Assembly: GCA_963666985.2 (NCBI GenBank) | Contig: CAXXIA010000001.1 | Span: 416,001 to 480,000, forward strand | DNA: 64,000 nucleotides | From: Spirochaetia bacterium | GTDB lineage: Bacteria; Spirochaetota; Spirochaetia; DSM-2461 | Direction: 5' to 3' | The notes under the pieces: model-generated | What the model was told of the DNA's origin: nothing | The model's database searches: none | Seen by the model: only the letters and a program-made list of their open reading frames with translations | Made by a program: the position numbers and the translations under genes | Shown here: piece by piece, positions 47,569 through 56,867 of the stretch | Layout of the letters: each line of letters begins with the position of its first letter | Position numbering within the stretch: position 1 is the stretch's first letter

Positions 47569-48861
47569 ATGGCGGACATTCTGATAAAAAACGCGTATCT
47601 GCTCACTATGGATCCGGATAGAGGCGATATCGAACGCGGATCGATCGCCGTAAAGGACGGCGTGATAACTCATGTCGGCACGAATACGGAAGAATCGGCG
47701 GATGAGGTTATCGACGCATCGGGCCGAGTCGTTATGCCGGGATTGGTGAATACTCACGGACATGCGGCCATGACTCTTTTGCGGGGAATGGCCGACGATG
47801 TTTCCCTGCGGACGTGGCTGGAAGATCGGATTTGGCCGGCCGAGGGGAAGCTGACCTCTTCCGATATCCTTTTGGGAAGCCGTCTGGCCTGTCTTGAGAT
47901 GATTAAATCGGGTACGACGGCTTTCGCGGATATGTATTTTCATGAGGATCAGACGGCAAGGGCGGTGGAGGAATCCGGACTGAGGGCCGCGCTCTGCTAC
48001 GGGATGATCGATTTGGGCGATAAGGAGAAAGGCGAGAGGGAACTGGCCGAGGGCGAGAGATTTTTCCATGCATGGAACAACGCGGCCGAAGGTCGCATTA
48101 CGGCGATGTTCGGTCCGCATGCGCCCAATACGTGTTCGCCGCCGTTTCTTGAACGGGTTCGAGATAAGGCCCTTGAGGCCGGTGCCGCAATGCAGATCCA
48201 TATTCTGGAAACCGAAGCGGAGAAAAAGGCGATTGAAGATGAGCACGGAAAAGGGGCGATTGTATACCTCGATGAAATGGGATTCTTCGAATCATCGGTT
48301 GTGGCCGCGCATTGTGTTTGGCCCTCCGAAGAGGAAATCGGGATTCTGGCCGAACGCGGTGTGCATGTTTCCCACAATCCGGTAAGCAATATGAAGCTTT
48401 CATCGGGAATCGCGCCGGTGGCTCAAATGCTGAGAGCCGGTGTGAATCTTTCTTTGGGAACGGACGGATGCGCTTCGAACAACAACTTGGATTTATTTGA
48501 GGAAATGAAGATTGCGGCGTTGCTCCAGCAGGTGGCCACGAAAGATCCGACGGCTCTTTCGGCGCGCCGGGTTTTGGAGATGGCGACGGTGAACGGAGCG
48601 GCGGCTTTGGGTTTCGACGGGGGAATGATTCGGGCGGGTAAAAAGGCCGATCTCATCATCGTTGATTTCACCAAGGCCCACCTTATGCCTGTTTATGATG
48701 TTCCTTCCCACTTGGTTTATGCCGCGGGCGGAGCCGATGTTGAAACGACGATTGCCGATGGAAAAATCCTTATGAGGGATAGAGAGGTTTTGAGTTTGGA
48801 TGAAAGGGAGATTCTCCGTGACGTTTCTCACTTTTCAAGGGGCCTTCACTTAAAAGGCTGA
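47569..48861 (+). CDS. mtaD: 5'-methylthioadenosine/S-adenosylhomocysteine (5'-deoxyadenosine) deaminase
   Basis: NTHGH, EMIKSGTT, GPHAP, IHILET, AHCV, SNMKL and GTDG.ASNN. Confidence 0.9.
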   Translation: MADILIKNAYLLTMDPDRGDIERGSIAVKDGVITHVGTNTEESADEVIDASGRVVMPGLVNTHGHAAMTLLRGMADDVSLRTWLEDRIWPAEGKLTSSDILLGSRLACLEMIKSGTTAFADMYFHEDQTARAVEESGLRAALCYGMIDLGDKEKGERELAEGERFFHAWNNAAEGRITAMFGPHAPNTCSPPFLERVRDKALEAGAAMQIHILETEAEKKAIEDEHGKGAIVYLDEMGFFESSVVAAHCVWPSEEEIGILAERGVHVSHNPVSNMKLSSGIAPVAQMLRAGVNLSLGTDGCASNNNLDLFEEMKIAALLQQVATKDPTALSARRVLEMATVNGAAALGFDGGMIRAGKKADLIIVDFTKAHLMPVYDVPSHLVYAAGGADVETTIADGKILMRDREVLSLDEREILRDVSHFSRGLHLKG

Positions 48862-48989
48862 AGGTTTGATAATAAATGACCGGCAGGCGGACCGGCGGAG
48901 AGTGTGTAGCCGCCTGTTACGATGAATTCGCCCAAACCCGACTGACCGATTACGTCCGGCGGACGGCGAACTCTTTAAGGGAGAGGACT

Positions 48990-50225
48990 ATGGCGAGTAA
49001 TGAGATATTGGAATCCGGGAATTTGAAAATTGCGTGGGCTCGTGAGCATATGCCCGTTTTGGCCGCGGTACGGGAGCGCTTTCTTGCCGAAAAGCCTTTA
49101 AAGGGCAGGAAGGTCGGCATGGCTCTGCATGTCGAGGCGAAGACGGCGGTTCTCGTGGAAACCCTGGCGGCCGGCGGGGCGGAAGTGGCTATTACCGGAT
49201 GCAATCCGTTAAGCACGCAGGACGATGTTTCGGCCGCGCTCGACACCCGCGGGAATATCCGGTGTTATGCGAAATACGGCTGTTCCAATAAAGAGTATTA
49301 CGAAGCCATCGATAAGGTTCTGGATTTCAATCCGGATATTACCATCGACGACGGCGGAGATTTGATTTTTAAAATTCATTCGGAGCGGCCTCACATGCTC
49401 AATACGCTTCTGGGCGGCTGCGAGGAAACCACGACGGGGATTCATCGGCTGAAAGCCATGGAGCGGGACGGCGCGCTCAAAATGCCGGTTATCGCCGTGA
49501 ACGATGCGATGACCAAATATCTGTTCGACAACCGCTACGGGACCGGTCAGTCCTCCTGGGACGGAATCATGCGGACGACGAATCTTCTGATTGCCGGAAA
49601 AAATGTCGTTATCGGCGGTTACGGATGGTGCGGAAAGGGCGCCGCGATGCGTGCCAAGGGGCTGGGCGCCCGGGTTATCGTAACCGAAATTGATCCGGTT
49701 AAGGCTTTGGAAGCACGGATGGACGGCAACGACGTGATGCCCATGGAAGAGGCGGCCGTTATCGGCGACATTTTCCTGACCGCCACGGGAAATCGGGATG
49801 TGATTTGCCGCAGGCATTTTAAGGTGATGAAGGACGGCGCCATTCTGGCGAATACCGGTCATTTCAACGTGGAAGTGAACGTGGAGGAGCTTGAAGCGAT
49901 GGCCAAATCCTCCAGAACCGTCCGGAACAATATCATGGAATACGATTTGGGCGACCGGAAGGTGAATGTCCTGGCCGAAGGACGGCTGGTGAATCTTGCC
50001 GCCGGAGACGGTCACCCGGCCGAAGTGATGGATATGAGTTTCGCGGACCAGGCTCTGTGTACCGAGTATATTGCGAATCACAAGCTGGAAAACGGCGTTC
50101 ATGCGGTTCCCGAAGAGCTGGATGTGAGCGTGGCCCGCCTTAAATTGGCTTCGATGGGGATTTCTTATGACACCCTCACTCCGGAGCAGGCCGAATATAT
50201 GGACGGCTGGTCCAGCGGAACTTGA
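48990..50225 (+). CDS. ahcY: S-adenosyl/S-inosyl-homocysteine hydrolase (short, archaeal type)
   Basis: ALHVEAKT, NPLSTQD, EETTTG, FDNRYGTG, GYGWCGKG, EGRLVNL and GHPAEVMDMSF. Confidence 0.95.
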   Translation: MASNEILESGNLKIAWAREHMPVLAAVRERFLAEKPLKGRKVGMALHVEAKTAVLVETLAAGGAEVAITGCNPLSTQDDVSAALDTRGNIRCYAKYGCSNKEYYEAIDKVLDFNPDITIDDGGDLIFKIHSERPHMLNTLLGGCEETTTGIHRLKAMERDGALKMPVIAVNDAMTKYLFDNRYGTGQSSWDGIMRTTNLLIAGKNVVIGGYGWCGKGAAMRAKGLGARVIVTEIDPVKALEARMDGNDVMPMEEAAVIGDIFLTATGNRDVICRRHFKVMKDGAILANTGHFNVEVNVEELEAMAKSSRTVRNNIMEYDLGDRKVNVLAEGRLVNLAAGDGHPAEVMDMSFADQALCTEYIANHKLENGVHAVPEELDVSVARLKLASMGISYDTLTPEQAEYMDGWSSGT

Positions 50226-51481
50226 GGGACCGGCGATTTAGGATGCTGATGAAGACGACGGAAACACGGAAAAGGCTTGAGAGTTTTGTTTTCGATTTGC
50301 CCATTCATGAACTCCGGAGAGGGTATCGAAGCGATATTTATTTTTGGCGCGAAAAGCGCACTCTGGAGATTCATAATCGTCATCCGACGGCACTGATGCA
50401 GGTCTTTCAGAAGAAATCCGCGGTTCTTTGCGGAATCGACGAGGCTCTGGCCGTCTTAAAAGTCGGCAGCGGCCGCTATCGGGAATATCCCCGGGCGGTG
50501 AAGCTTTTCGATGAGTATATCGCCGTGAAAGAGCAGGCCCGCCGTACCTACGGATCGAACAGGGAAAAATGGCTGGAAACTCAGCGGCGCAGAACGGAAA
50601 TCGCCGAAGAGCTTGATGCCCTCTGGGAAGACGGTTATCCGTCTTTGGAAGTGAAGGCGCTTCATGACGGCGACGAGATCGGTCCCAGGGAGACGGTTCT
50701 GACCATTAAGGGCGATATTACTCTGTTCGCTCATCTTGAAACCATCTATCTGGGAGTTCTGGCTCGGCGAACCCGCATCGCCACCAATGTCCGCAGAGTG
50801 GTGGAGGCGGCGGGCGGCACTCCGATTTTGTTCTTCCCCGCCCGGTTCGATCATTGGGCGGTTCAGGGCGGAGACGGATACGCGGCGCATGTCGGCGGCG
50901 TTCTGGGCGTGTCGACACGAGCCCAGGCCGAATGGTGGGGAGCCGGTGCGTCGGGCACCGTTCCTCATGCGCTGATCGCCGCGGTGGGGGGCGATACGGT
51001 CGAAGCCACTCGGCTTTTCGGCCAAGCGTATCCCGATACGCAGCTCGTTTCTCTGGTTGATTTCGACAACGATTGCGTCAATACGGCCCTTGCCTGCGCT
51101 CGGGAGCTGGGAGACAAGCTGTGGGGTGTTCGGCTGGATACCTCGGAAACCATGGTGGATAAAAGCCTTCATAACCATCTGGGCGACTATACGCCCACCG
51201 GCGTTGTTCCGGAATTGGTTTTTCGCGTTCGGGAGGCACTGGACCGGGAAGGTTTTGAACATGTGAAGATTGTCGTTTCCGGCGGATTCAATCCTGAGAA
51301 AATCGCGCAGTTCCGCGCTCTTAATGTTCCGGTGGATTCTTACGGCGTGGGAAGCGCCCTTATGGGCGGCAATTTTGATTTTACCGCGGATATCGTGGAA
51401 GTGGACGGCTCCCCCATGGCCAAGGCGGGACGCCGAATCCGGCCGAACGACAGATTGGAAAACGTATCAAGATCTTCATAA
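50222..51481 (+). CDS. pncB: Nicotinate phosphoribosyltransferase-like protein
   Basis: SDIYF, GTVPHAL, VDFDND, GVRLDTS, SGGF and YGVGS. It lies next to a nicotinamidase. Confidence 0.8.
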   Translation: MRDRRFRMLMKTTETRKRLESFVFDLPIHELRRGYRSDIYFWREKRTLEIHNRHPTALMQVFQKKSAVLCGIDEALAVLKVGSGRYREYPRAVKLFDEYIAVKEQARRTYGSNREKWLETQRRRTEIAEELDALWEDGYPSLEVKALHDGDEIGPRETVLTIKGDITLFAHLETIYLGVLARRTRIATNVRRVVEAAGGTPILFFPARFDHWAVQGGDGYAAHVGGVLGVSTRAQAEWWGAGASGTVPHALIAAVGGDTVEATRLFGQAYPDTQLVSLVDFDNDCVNTALACARELGDKLWGVRLDTSETMVDKSLHNHLGDYTPTGVVPELVFRVREALDREGFEHVKIVVSGGFNPEKIAQFRALNVPVDSYGVGSALMGGNFDFTADIVEVDGSPMAKAGRRIRPNDRLENVSRSS

Positions 51482-51492
51482 AGGGAAAAGAC

Positions 51493-52059
51493 ATGAAACG
51501 AGCCCTTATCATTGTTGATGTTCAGAATGATTTTTGTCCCGGCGGTTCTCTGGCCGTTTCCCGAGGAGATGCCGTGGTGCCTCCTCTTAATAAACTTATC
51601 AGAGATTTTGAGAAGGCCGGTGATTCGGTGTTTTTTACTCGGGATTGGCATCCGGAGAATCATGTTTCTTTTACCTCATACGGCGGAACCTGGCCGGCGC
51701 ATTGCGTGGCGAATACACACGGCGCGGAGTTTCATCCGGAGCTTCTTATTCCCGATGGCGCCGTTATCATCTCAAAGGCCGCCGATGCCGATGAAGATGC
51801 TTATTCGGGATTTCAGGGCACCGATCTGGATAAAAGACTGAAAGCGCTGGGAGCGGCACAAATCGTTGTCGGCGGTCTTGCCACCGATTACTGCGTAAAG
51901 GCGACGGTGCTGGACGCTCTGATAAACGGCTACGGAGTTTCGGTGATTTCCGACGGTATCGCGGCGGTGAACGCGGCGCCCGAGGACGGCAAGACCGCTT
52001 TAAAGGAAATGGCCGATAAAGGTGCCCGGATTGTCTCTTCGGCTGATCTGATTCATTAA
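51493..52059 (+). CDS. pncA: Nicotinamidase/pyrazinamidase
   Basis: VDVQNDFCPGG, DWHP, WPAHCV, YSGF and LATDYCV. Confidence 0.95.
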   Translation: MKRALIIVDVQNDFCPGGSLAVSRGDAVVPPLNKLIRDFEKAGDSVFFTRDWHPENHVSFTSYGGTWPAHCVANTHGAEFHPELLIPDGAVIISKAADADEDAYSGFQGTDLDKRLKALGAAQIVVGGLATDYCVKATVLDALINGYGVSVISDGIAAVNAAPEDGKTALKEMADKGARIVSSADLIH

Positions 52060-52138
52060 TTCCTTATTAAGGCTGTTACCTGTCGGATGGAAATCTTCCG
52101 ATTCAATCAGGCCGAAAATCACAGCTGAAAACTTTAAA

Positions 52139-52168
52139 GAAAAACCCGGCCGAGCGGCCGGGTTTTTC
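52139..52168. terminator. Bidirectional intrinsic terminator
   Basis: GAAAAACCCGGCC-GAGC-GGCCGGGTTTTTC between convergent pncA and nifJ. Confidence 0.88.
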
Positions 52169-52188
52169 ACTATACCGTTCTGGAAAAA

Positions 52189-55100
52189 TTACATAATCTC
52201 GCCGATTTTCTTGAAGAAGTTCATGCGTCGCTTGGCATCCTCTTCCGCGCGGGCGAAGAGGGCTTCGGCTTCCTCGGGATTGGTTTTCTGCAGCGATGTG
52301 TAGCGCCGCTCGCCCCTGATGAAGTCCTGGTAGCTGACGGTGGGCTCTTTGGTTTCCCATTGGAACTTCTTGCCTTCTTCATTTCGCGGATCGAAACGGA
52401 AGAGCGGCCAGTAACCCGAATCCACGGCCTTCTTTTCTTCAACCTGGCTCTGACTCATGTCGATACCGTGATTGATACAGGGAGAGTAGGCAAAAATAAT
52501 GGACGGGCCGGGATAGCTTTCAGCTTCCATCATGGCCTTCTGGGCCTGATTTCGGTTGGCTCCCAGAGAGATGGACGCCACATACACGTAGCCGTAGCTC
52601 ATGCACATAAACGGCATGTTTTTCTTGGTCAGCTTCATTCCGCTGTTGGCGAATTTGGCCACGGCGGCGATGGGAGTGGCCTTGGAAGCTTGGCCGCCGG
52701 TATTCGAGTAAACTTCGGTATCCAAAACCAGGATGTTCACGTTCTTACCCATGGCTACAACGTGATCCACACCGCCGTATCCGATATCGTACGCCCAGCC
52801 GTCGCCGCCGATAATCCAGACCGACTTGTCGACGAAGTAATCCTGAAGTTCGATAATCTTGGCCAAAACCTCGGCGGCTTCGCCGGAGGAGGCTTTTTTC
52901 GCGGCAGGCAGAAGAGCCTGAACCGCCAGCTGCTGGTCTTTGGCTTCCTGATCTGTGGCATCAAAGATTTCAAGGCTCTTTTTCAGCGCGGCGGTGAGTT
53001 CCGGAGTGGTTCCCAGTTCAAGAAGCCTTTCAACCTTGATTTTCAAAAGAGTTCTGTTGTTGTCTACGGCCAGTCTCATACCGAAACCGTACTCGGCATT
53101 GTCTTCAAAGAGGCTGTTTCCCCAGGCAGGTCCCCGACCTTCCTTGTTCTTGCAGTAGGGAATCGTGGGGAAGGTTCCGCCGTAGATGGAGGAACATCCG
53201 GTTGCATTGGCGGCGACCATTCTGTCTCCGGCGATTTGGCTCATCATTTTCACATAAGGCGTTTCGCCGCATCCGGCACAGGCGCCCGAGAACTCGAAGA
53301 GCGGCTGCTTGAACTGAAGGCCTTTGAGACTGGTGATCGGTGCGCCGTCGAGAACATCTTCGGGCAGGGTAGTAAAGAACTTCTGATTCTCAACCTCACC
53401 GGCTTCGCGCTCAATATCGATATAGCTCCATTCCAAAGCCTTGGTTTTGGCCGGGCAGGTTTCCACGCAAACGCCGCATCCCTGACAGTCTTCGACATAA
53501 ACCTGGATTTTGTACTGAAGTTCCTTATCGTTTTTCGTTTTGGAAAGCAGAGTGCTGAAGGTCCCCGGAGCGCCGGAAAGATCCGCGGGAGCGATCTGCT
53601 TGGCGCGGATGGCCGCGTGAGGACAGGACTGAACACACTGGTTGCATTGGATACAGTTTTCGGAAATCCATTTGGGAACGCGCGGAGCCACACCGCGTTT
53701 TTCCAGCTGGGATGTTCCGATCGGCAGGGTTCCGTCGAAGGACATGTCGGAAACGGGGATGTCGTCTCCTTTCAAATGCATGGTCTTTTCAATGACGTTT
53801 TTCGTAAAGTCATCCGAATCGGCCGGTACCAGCCGCGGAGCCTTGTAGCATTTGCCGGGCAGGGAGGAAGGAACGTCCACTTTCCGCAGGGCGGCGGCCG
53901 ATTTGTCGATGGCGGTCCAGTTCATCTTGACGATGTCTTCACCCTTCTTGGCGAAAGTCTTCTTAACGGCGGCCTTCATCAGATCAATGGCTTCCTGCTC
54001 GGGCAGAATGCCGGAAATCTTGAAGAACGCGGCCTGCATGACCGTGTTGGTTCGCCCGCTCAATCCGACTTCCTCGGCCACGTCGTAGGCATTCATGCAG
54101 TAGAAGCGGATTTTTCGGTCGATCATGATTTTCTGTTCCGCTTCGGTCAGATGGAAGAAGACTTCTTCGGGAGAAATCGATGAGTTCAAAAGGAAAACGC
54201 CGCCTTCCTTCAGCGGACCCAGCATGTCGTAACGGCCGATGTATGAGGGATTCGAACAGGCCACGAAATCCGCTTTGGTAATCAGCCAGGGCATGTTTAC
54301 CGGGCTCTTTCCGAAACGCAGATGGCTGGTAGTGATGCCTCCTGATTTCTTGGAGTCGTACGAGAAATAGCCTTGGGCGTTCATGTCGGTGTTGTCGCCG
54401 ATAATCTTGATGGAGTTCTTGTTCGCACCGACGGTTCCGTCGGAACCGAGGCCCCAGAACATGCAGCTGACGACATCGGCGGGAGCGACATTGATTTCTT
54501 CTTTCACCGGAATGGAGAGATTGGAAACATCGTCGGTGATACCGACGGTAAAACTGTGGAAGGCTTTATCATCCAAATGGTCGAAGACGGCCTTCACGTG
54601 ACTGGGAACGAATTCCTTGCTGGAAAGACCATAGCGGCCGCCGATGATTTTGATGTTTTTTCCGGCCAGTGCGGTCATCACGTCCATATAAAGAGGCTCG
54701 CCGAGGGAGCCGGGTTCTTTTGTTCGATCCAAAACGGCGATTTTCTTTACGGTTGAAGGAATCGCGTCGATGAAATGCTTTGCGGAGAAGGGCCGGTAGA
54801 GGCGGACTTTAACGGCTCCCACCTTTTCTCCTTTGGCGACAAGATAGTTTACGGCAAGGTCGATGGTGTCGCAGGCCGATCCCATCGCGATAATGATTTT
54901 CTCGGCATCGGGAGCGCCCACGTAATCGAAAAGGTGATAGTGGCGGCCGATGGCGGCGCCGACTTTATCCATGTAGTCCTGAACGATTTCGGGAACCGCG
55001 TCATAATAGTTATTAACGGTTTCCCTGCCCTGGAAGTAGACATCCGGAGCCTGCTGAGCAACCTTGACGATCGGTTTCTCGGGCCGCATGGCCCTGCTGC

Positions 55101-55713
55101 GGAAGCGTTCGATATATTCGGGCTCGATAAGGCTTTTAATGGTTTCAAAGGAGATTTCCTCAACCTTCTGGATTTCATGACTGGTGCGGAATCCGTCGAA
55201 GAAATTGAGAAAGGGAACCTGGGATTTCAGTGTGGCAAGGTGGCTGACGAAGGCAAGATCCATCGTTTCCTGAATACCGGCGGCGGCCATCATGGCAAAA
55301 CCGGTGTTCCGGCAGCTCATCACGTCGGAATGATCGCCGAAGATGGAGAGTGCCTGAGCCGCAAGGGAACGGGCCGAAACATGGAAAACGGTCGGCAGCA
55401 TTTCACCGGCAATCTTGTGCATGTTGGGAATCATCAGAAGTAAACCCTGACTTGCGGTGAACGTCGTGGTCATGGCGCCTCCCGAAAGAGAACCGTGAAC
55501 GGCTCCCGCGGCACCCGCTTCGCTCTGCATTTCAACGACATCGATTTTCTTCCCGAAGACATTCTTCATCCCGGTACTGGCCCAGGAATCGGTGTATTCT
55601 CCCATGGGAGAAGACGGAGTGATCGGGTAAATTGCGGCAACTTCGCTGAAAGCATAGGCAACGTGGGCGGCAGCGGTGTTGCCGTCGATTGTGACCATCT
55701 TTTTATCTGACAT
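52189..55713 (-). CDS. nifJ: Pyruvate:ferredoxin/flavodoxin oxidoreductase
   Basis: YPITPSS, QSEAGA, two CxxCxxC ferredoxin motifs, FSGACAGCGE, GCSS and GDG. Confidence 0.97.
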   Translation of the reverse strand: MSDKKMVTIDGNTAAAHVAYAFSEVAAIYPITPSSPMGEYTDSWASTGMKNVFGKKIDVVEMQSEAGAAGAVHGSLSGGAMTTTFTASQGLLLMIPNMHKIAGEMLPTVFHVSARSLAAQALSIFGDHSDVMSCRNTGFAMMAAAGIQETMDLAFVSHLATLKSQVPFLNFFDGFRTSHEIQKVEEISFETIKSLIEPEYIERFRSRAMRPEKPIVKVAQQAPDVYFQGRETVNNYYDAVPEIVQDYMDKVGAAIGRHYHLFDYVGAPDAEKIIIAMGSACDTIDLAVNYLVAKGEKVGAVKVRLYRPFSAKHFIDAIPSTVKKIAVLDRTKEPGSLGEPLYMDVMTALAGKNIKIIGGRYGLSSKEFVPSHVKAVFDHLDDKAFHSFTVGITDDVSNLSIPVKEEINVAPADVVSCMFWGLGSDGTVGANKNSIKIIGDNTDMNAQGYFSYDSKKSGGITTSHLRFGKSPVNMPWLITKADFVACSNPSYIGRYDMLGPLKEGGVFLLNSSISPEEVFFHLTEAEQKIMIDRKIRFYCMNAYDVAEEVGLSGRTNTVMQAAFFKISGILPEQEAIDLMKAAVKKTFAKKGEDIVKMNWTAIDKSAAALRKVDVPSSLPGKCYKAPRLVPADSDDFTKNVIEKTMHLKGDDIPVSDMSFDGTLPIGTSQLEKRGVAPRVPKWISENCIQCNQCVQSCPHAAIRAKQIAPADLSGAPGTFSTLLSKTKNDKELQYKIQVYVEDCQGCGVCVETCPAKTKALEWSYIDIEREAGEVENQKFFTTLPEDVLDGAPITSLKGLQFKQPLFEFSGACAGCGETPYVKMMSQIAGDRMVAANATGCSSIYGGTFPTIPYCKNKEGRGPAWGNSLFEDNAEYGFGMRLAVDNNRTLLKIKVERLLELGTTPELTAALKKSLEIFDATDQEAKDQQLAVQALLPAAKKASSGEAAEVLAKIIELQDYFVDKSVWIIGGDGWAYDIGYGGVDHVVAMGKNVNILVLDTEVYSNTGGQASKATPIAAVAKFANSGMKLTKKNMPFMCMSYGYVYVASISLGANRNQAQKAMMEAESYPGPSIIFAYSPCINHGIDMSQSQVEEKKAVDSGYWPLFRFDPRNEEGKKFQWETKEPTVSYQDFIRGERRYTSLQKTNPEEAEALFARAEEDAKRRMNFFKKIGEIM

Positions 55714-55927
55714 GGCTAATCCTTATAATAATATGAGCTGAGGGCTGAAAAACCCTCATAATCATAAACTGTAGCGTTGAGGCAATTCAATACTTTGCGT
55801 TTTTGTCGTTATGTATTTCGTTATGTTAGATAAGAATAAATTAGTTAGATTGTAATAATTCATCTCCGGCGCAGGATGGCCACATAAGCGGGATGAGAGC
55901 TGATAATCAGGTTCCGACGGAGCTCTT

Positions 55928-56290
55928 TTATTCAATATTTAATACAAGATTGGGCAATTCTTCGGTCGGATCGTAATCATCGCCTCCCAAACGGTCGAGC
56001 AGCGAAAGGAGGTTTTTCAGGGAGTCTTCACCGATTCCGCTGAATTTAAGGCGGTAGCTGTCTTCATCCAATCCGACAACTTTACACTGAACCCTGAATT
56101 GATTTGCAGTTCCGTCAAGACTGAGCGTGGCGATGGATCCGACGGGAGGAAGCTTTTCTTCAATCGTTTTTACCCTCGCGCCGATCAGGGAAATGTTGTC
56201 ATACACAACATGGATTTTGCGTCCGTTAATGATCAGCGTTCCCTGAGCCGCGTCCGCATCTTGCCGATGAAAGGAGCGTTTTTCTTGCAT
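55928..56290 (-). CDS. PilZ-domain protein
   Basis: EKRSFHR and NISLIGA motifs. Confidence 0.85.
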   Translation of the reverse strand: MQEKRSFHRQDADAAQGTLIINGRKIHVVYDNISLIGARVKTIEEKLPPVGSIATLSLDGTANQFRVQCKVVGLDEDSYRLKFSGIGEDSLKNLLSLLDRLGGDDYDPTEELPNLVLNIE

Positions 56291-56381
56291 AATTGAGAAT
56301 TATACTCTTCCTTTTACGGTTTTTACAGCCGTGATTGAGCCTCTGATGAACACCGTGCCGCTTCCGTGATAAAGTCGTTTC

Positions 56382-56867
56382 ATGATAAAGGTTCCCTCTC
56401 ATCGGTTTCGCTTTATTTTACTGATGTTGCTTGCCGCCGGAATCGGCAAAGCGTCCGCGGAAGAGACCGCCCGCCCGCCGTCGGCCGTTGATTTTTCCGG
56501 GATGCTCGGCTGGACTTCCGATGAAGCCTACACTTGGCTCGGCGCTCCGGAAGACTTTTTTCCCTACCGGGACGAATCCGGAGAAGAGTGTGTCGTTTTT
56601 TATTTCAAGGATCACACTTATCTTTTCTGGTATGAGGGCAGGGTTTGGCAAGTTCGGGCGGACGAACGCTGGGAAGGCGAGCTTGACGGCGTTGCGATGG
56701 GCGCATCCCGAGGCGAGGTTGAGGCGATATGGGGTTCGCCGATCAACGACTTCGATCCGAATCCCACGTGGACACTTCCGGACAGAGGGTATCCGGTTCG
56801 GATTCGCTTGTATTTCGACGAAGAAGACCGCTTAATCGATCTTTACGTTTACAGGAGCGATTGGTAA
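56382..56867 (+). CDS. Hypothetical secreted protein
   Basis: Signal peptide. Its TAA overlaps the ATG of aroDE. Confidence 0.7.
   Translation: MIKVPSHRFRFILLMLLAAGIGKASAEETARPPSAVDFSGMLGWTSDEAYTWLGAPEDFFPYRDESGEECVVFYFKDHTYLFWYEGRVWQVRADERWEGELDGVAMGASRGEVEAIWGSPINDFDPNPTWTLPDRGYPVRIRLYFDEEDRLIDLYVYRSDW

Noticed and set aside
48862..48989. SAH or SAM riboswitch upstream of ahcY (also checked upstream of metF)
   Set aside because: No consensus elements of these riboswitches were recognised.
52360..54183. 607-aa antisense ORF inside nifJ, and similar shadow ORFs over ahcY, acnA and nrdD
   Set aside because: These are the expected stop-poor antisense frames of GC-biased, highly expressed genes and show no recognisable motifs.
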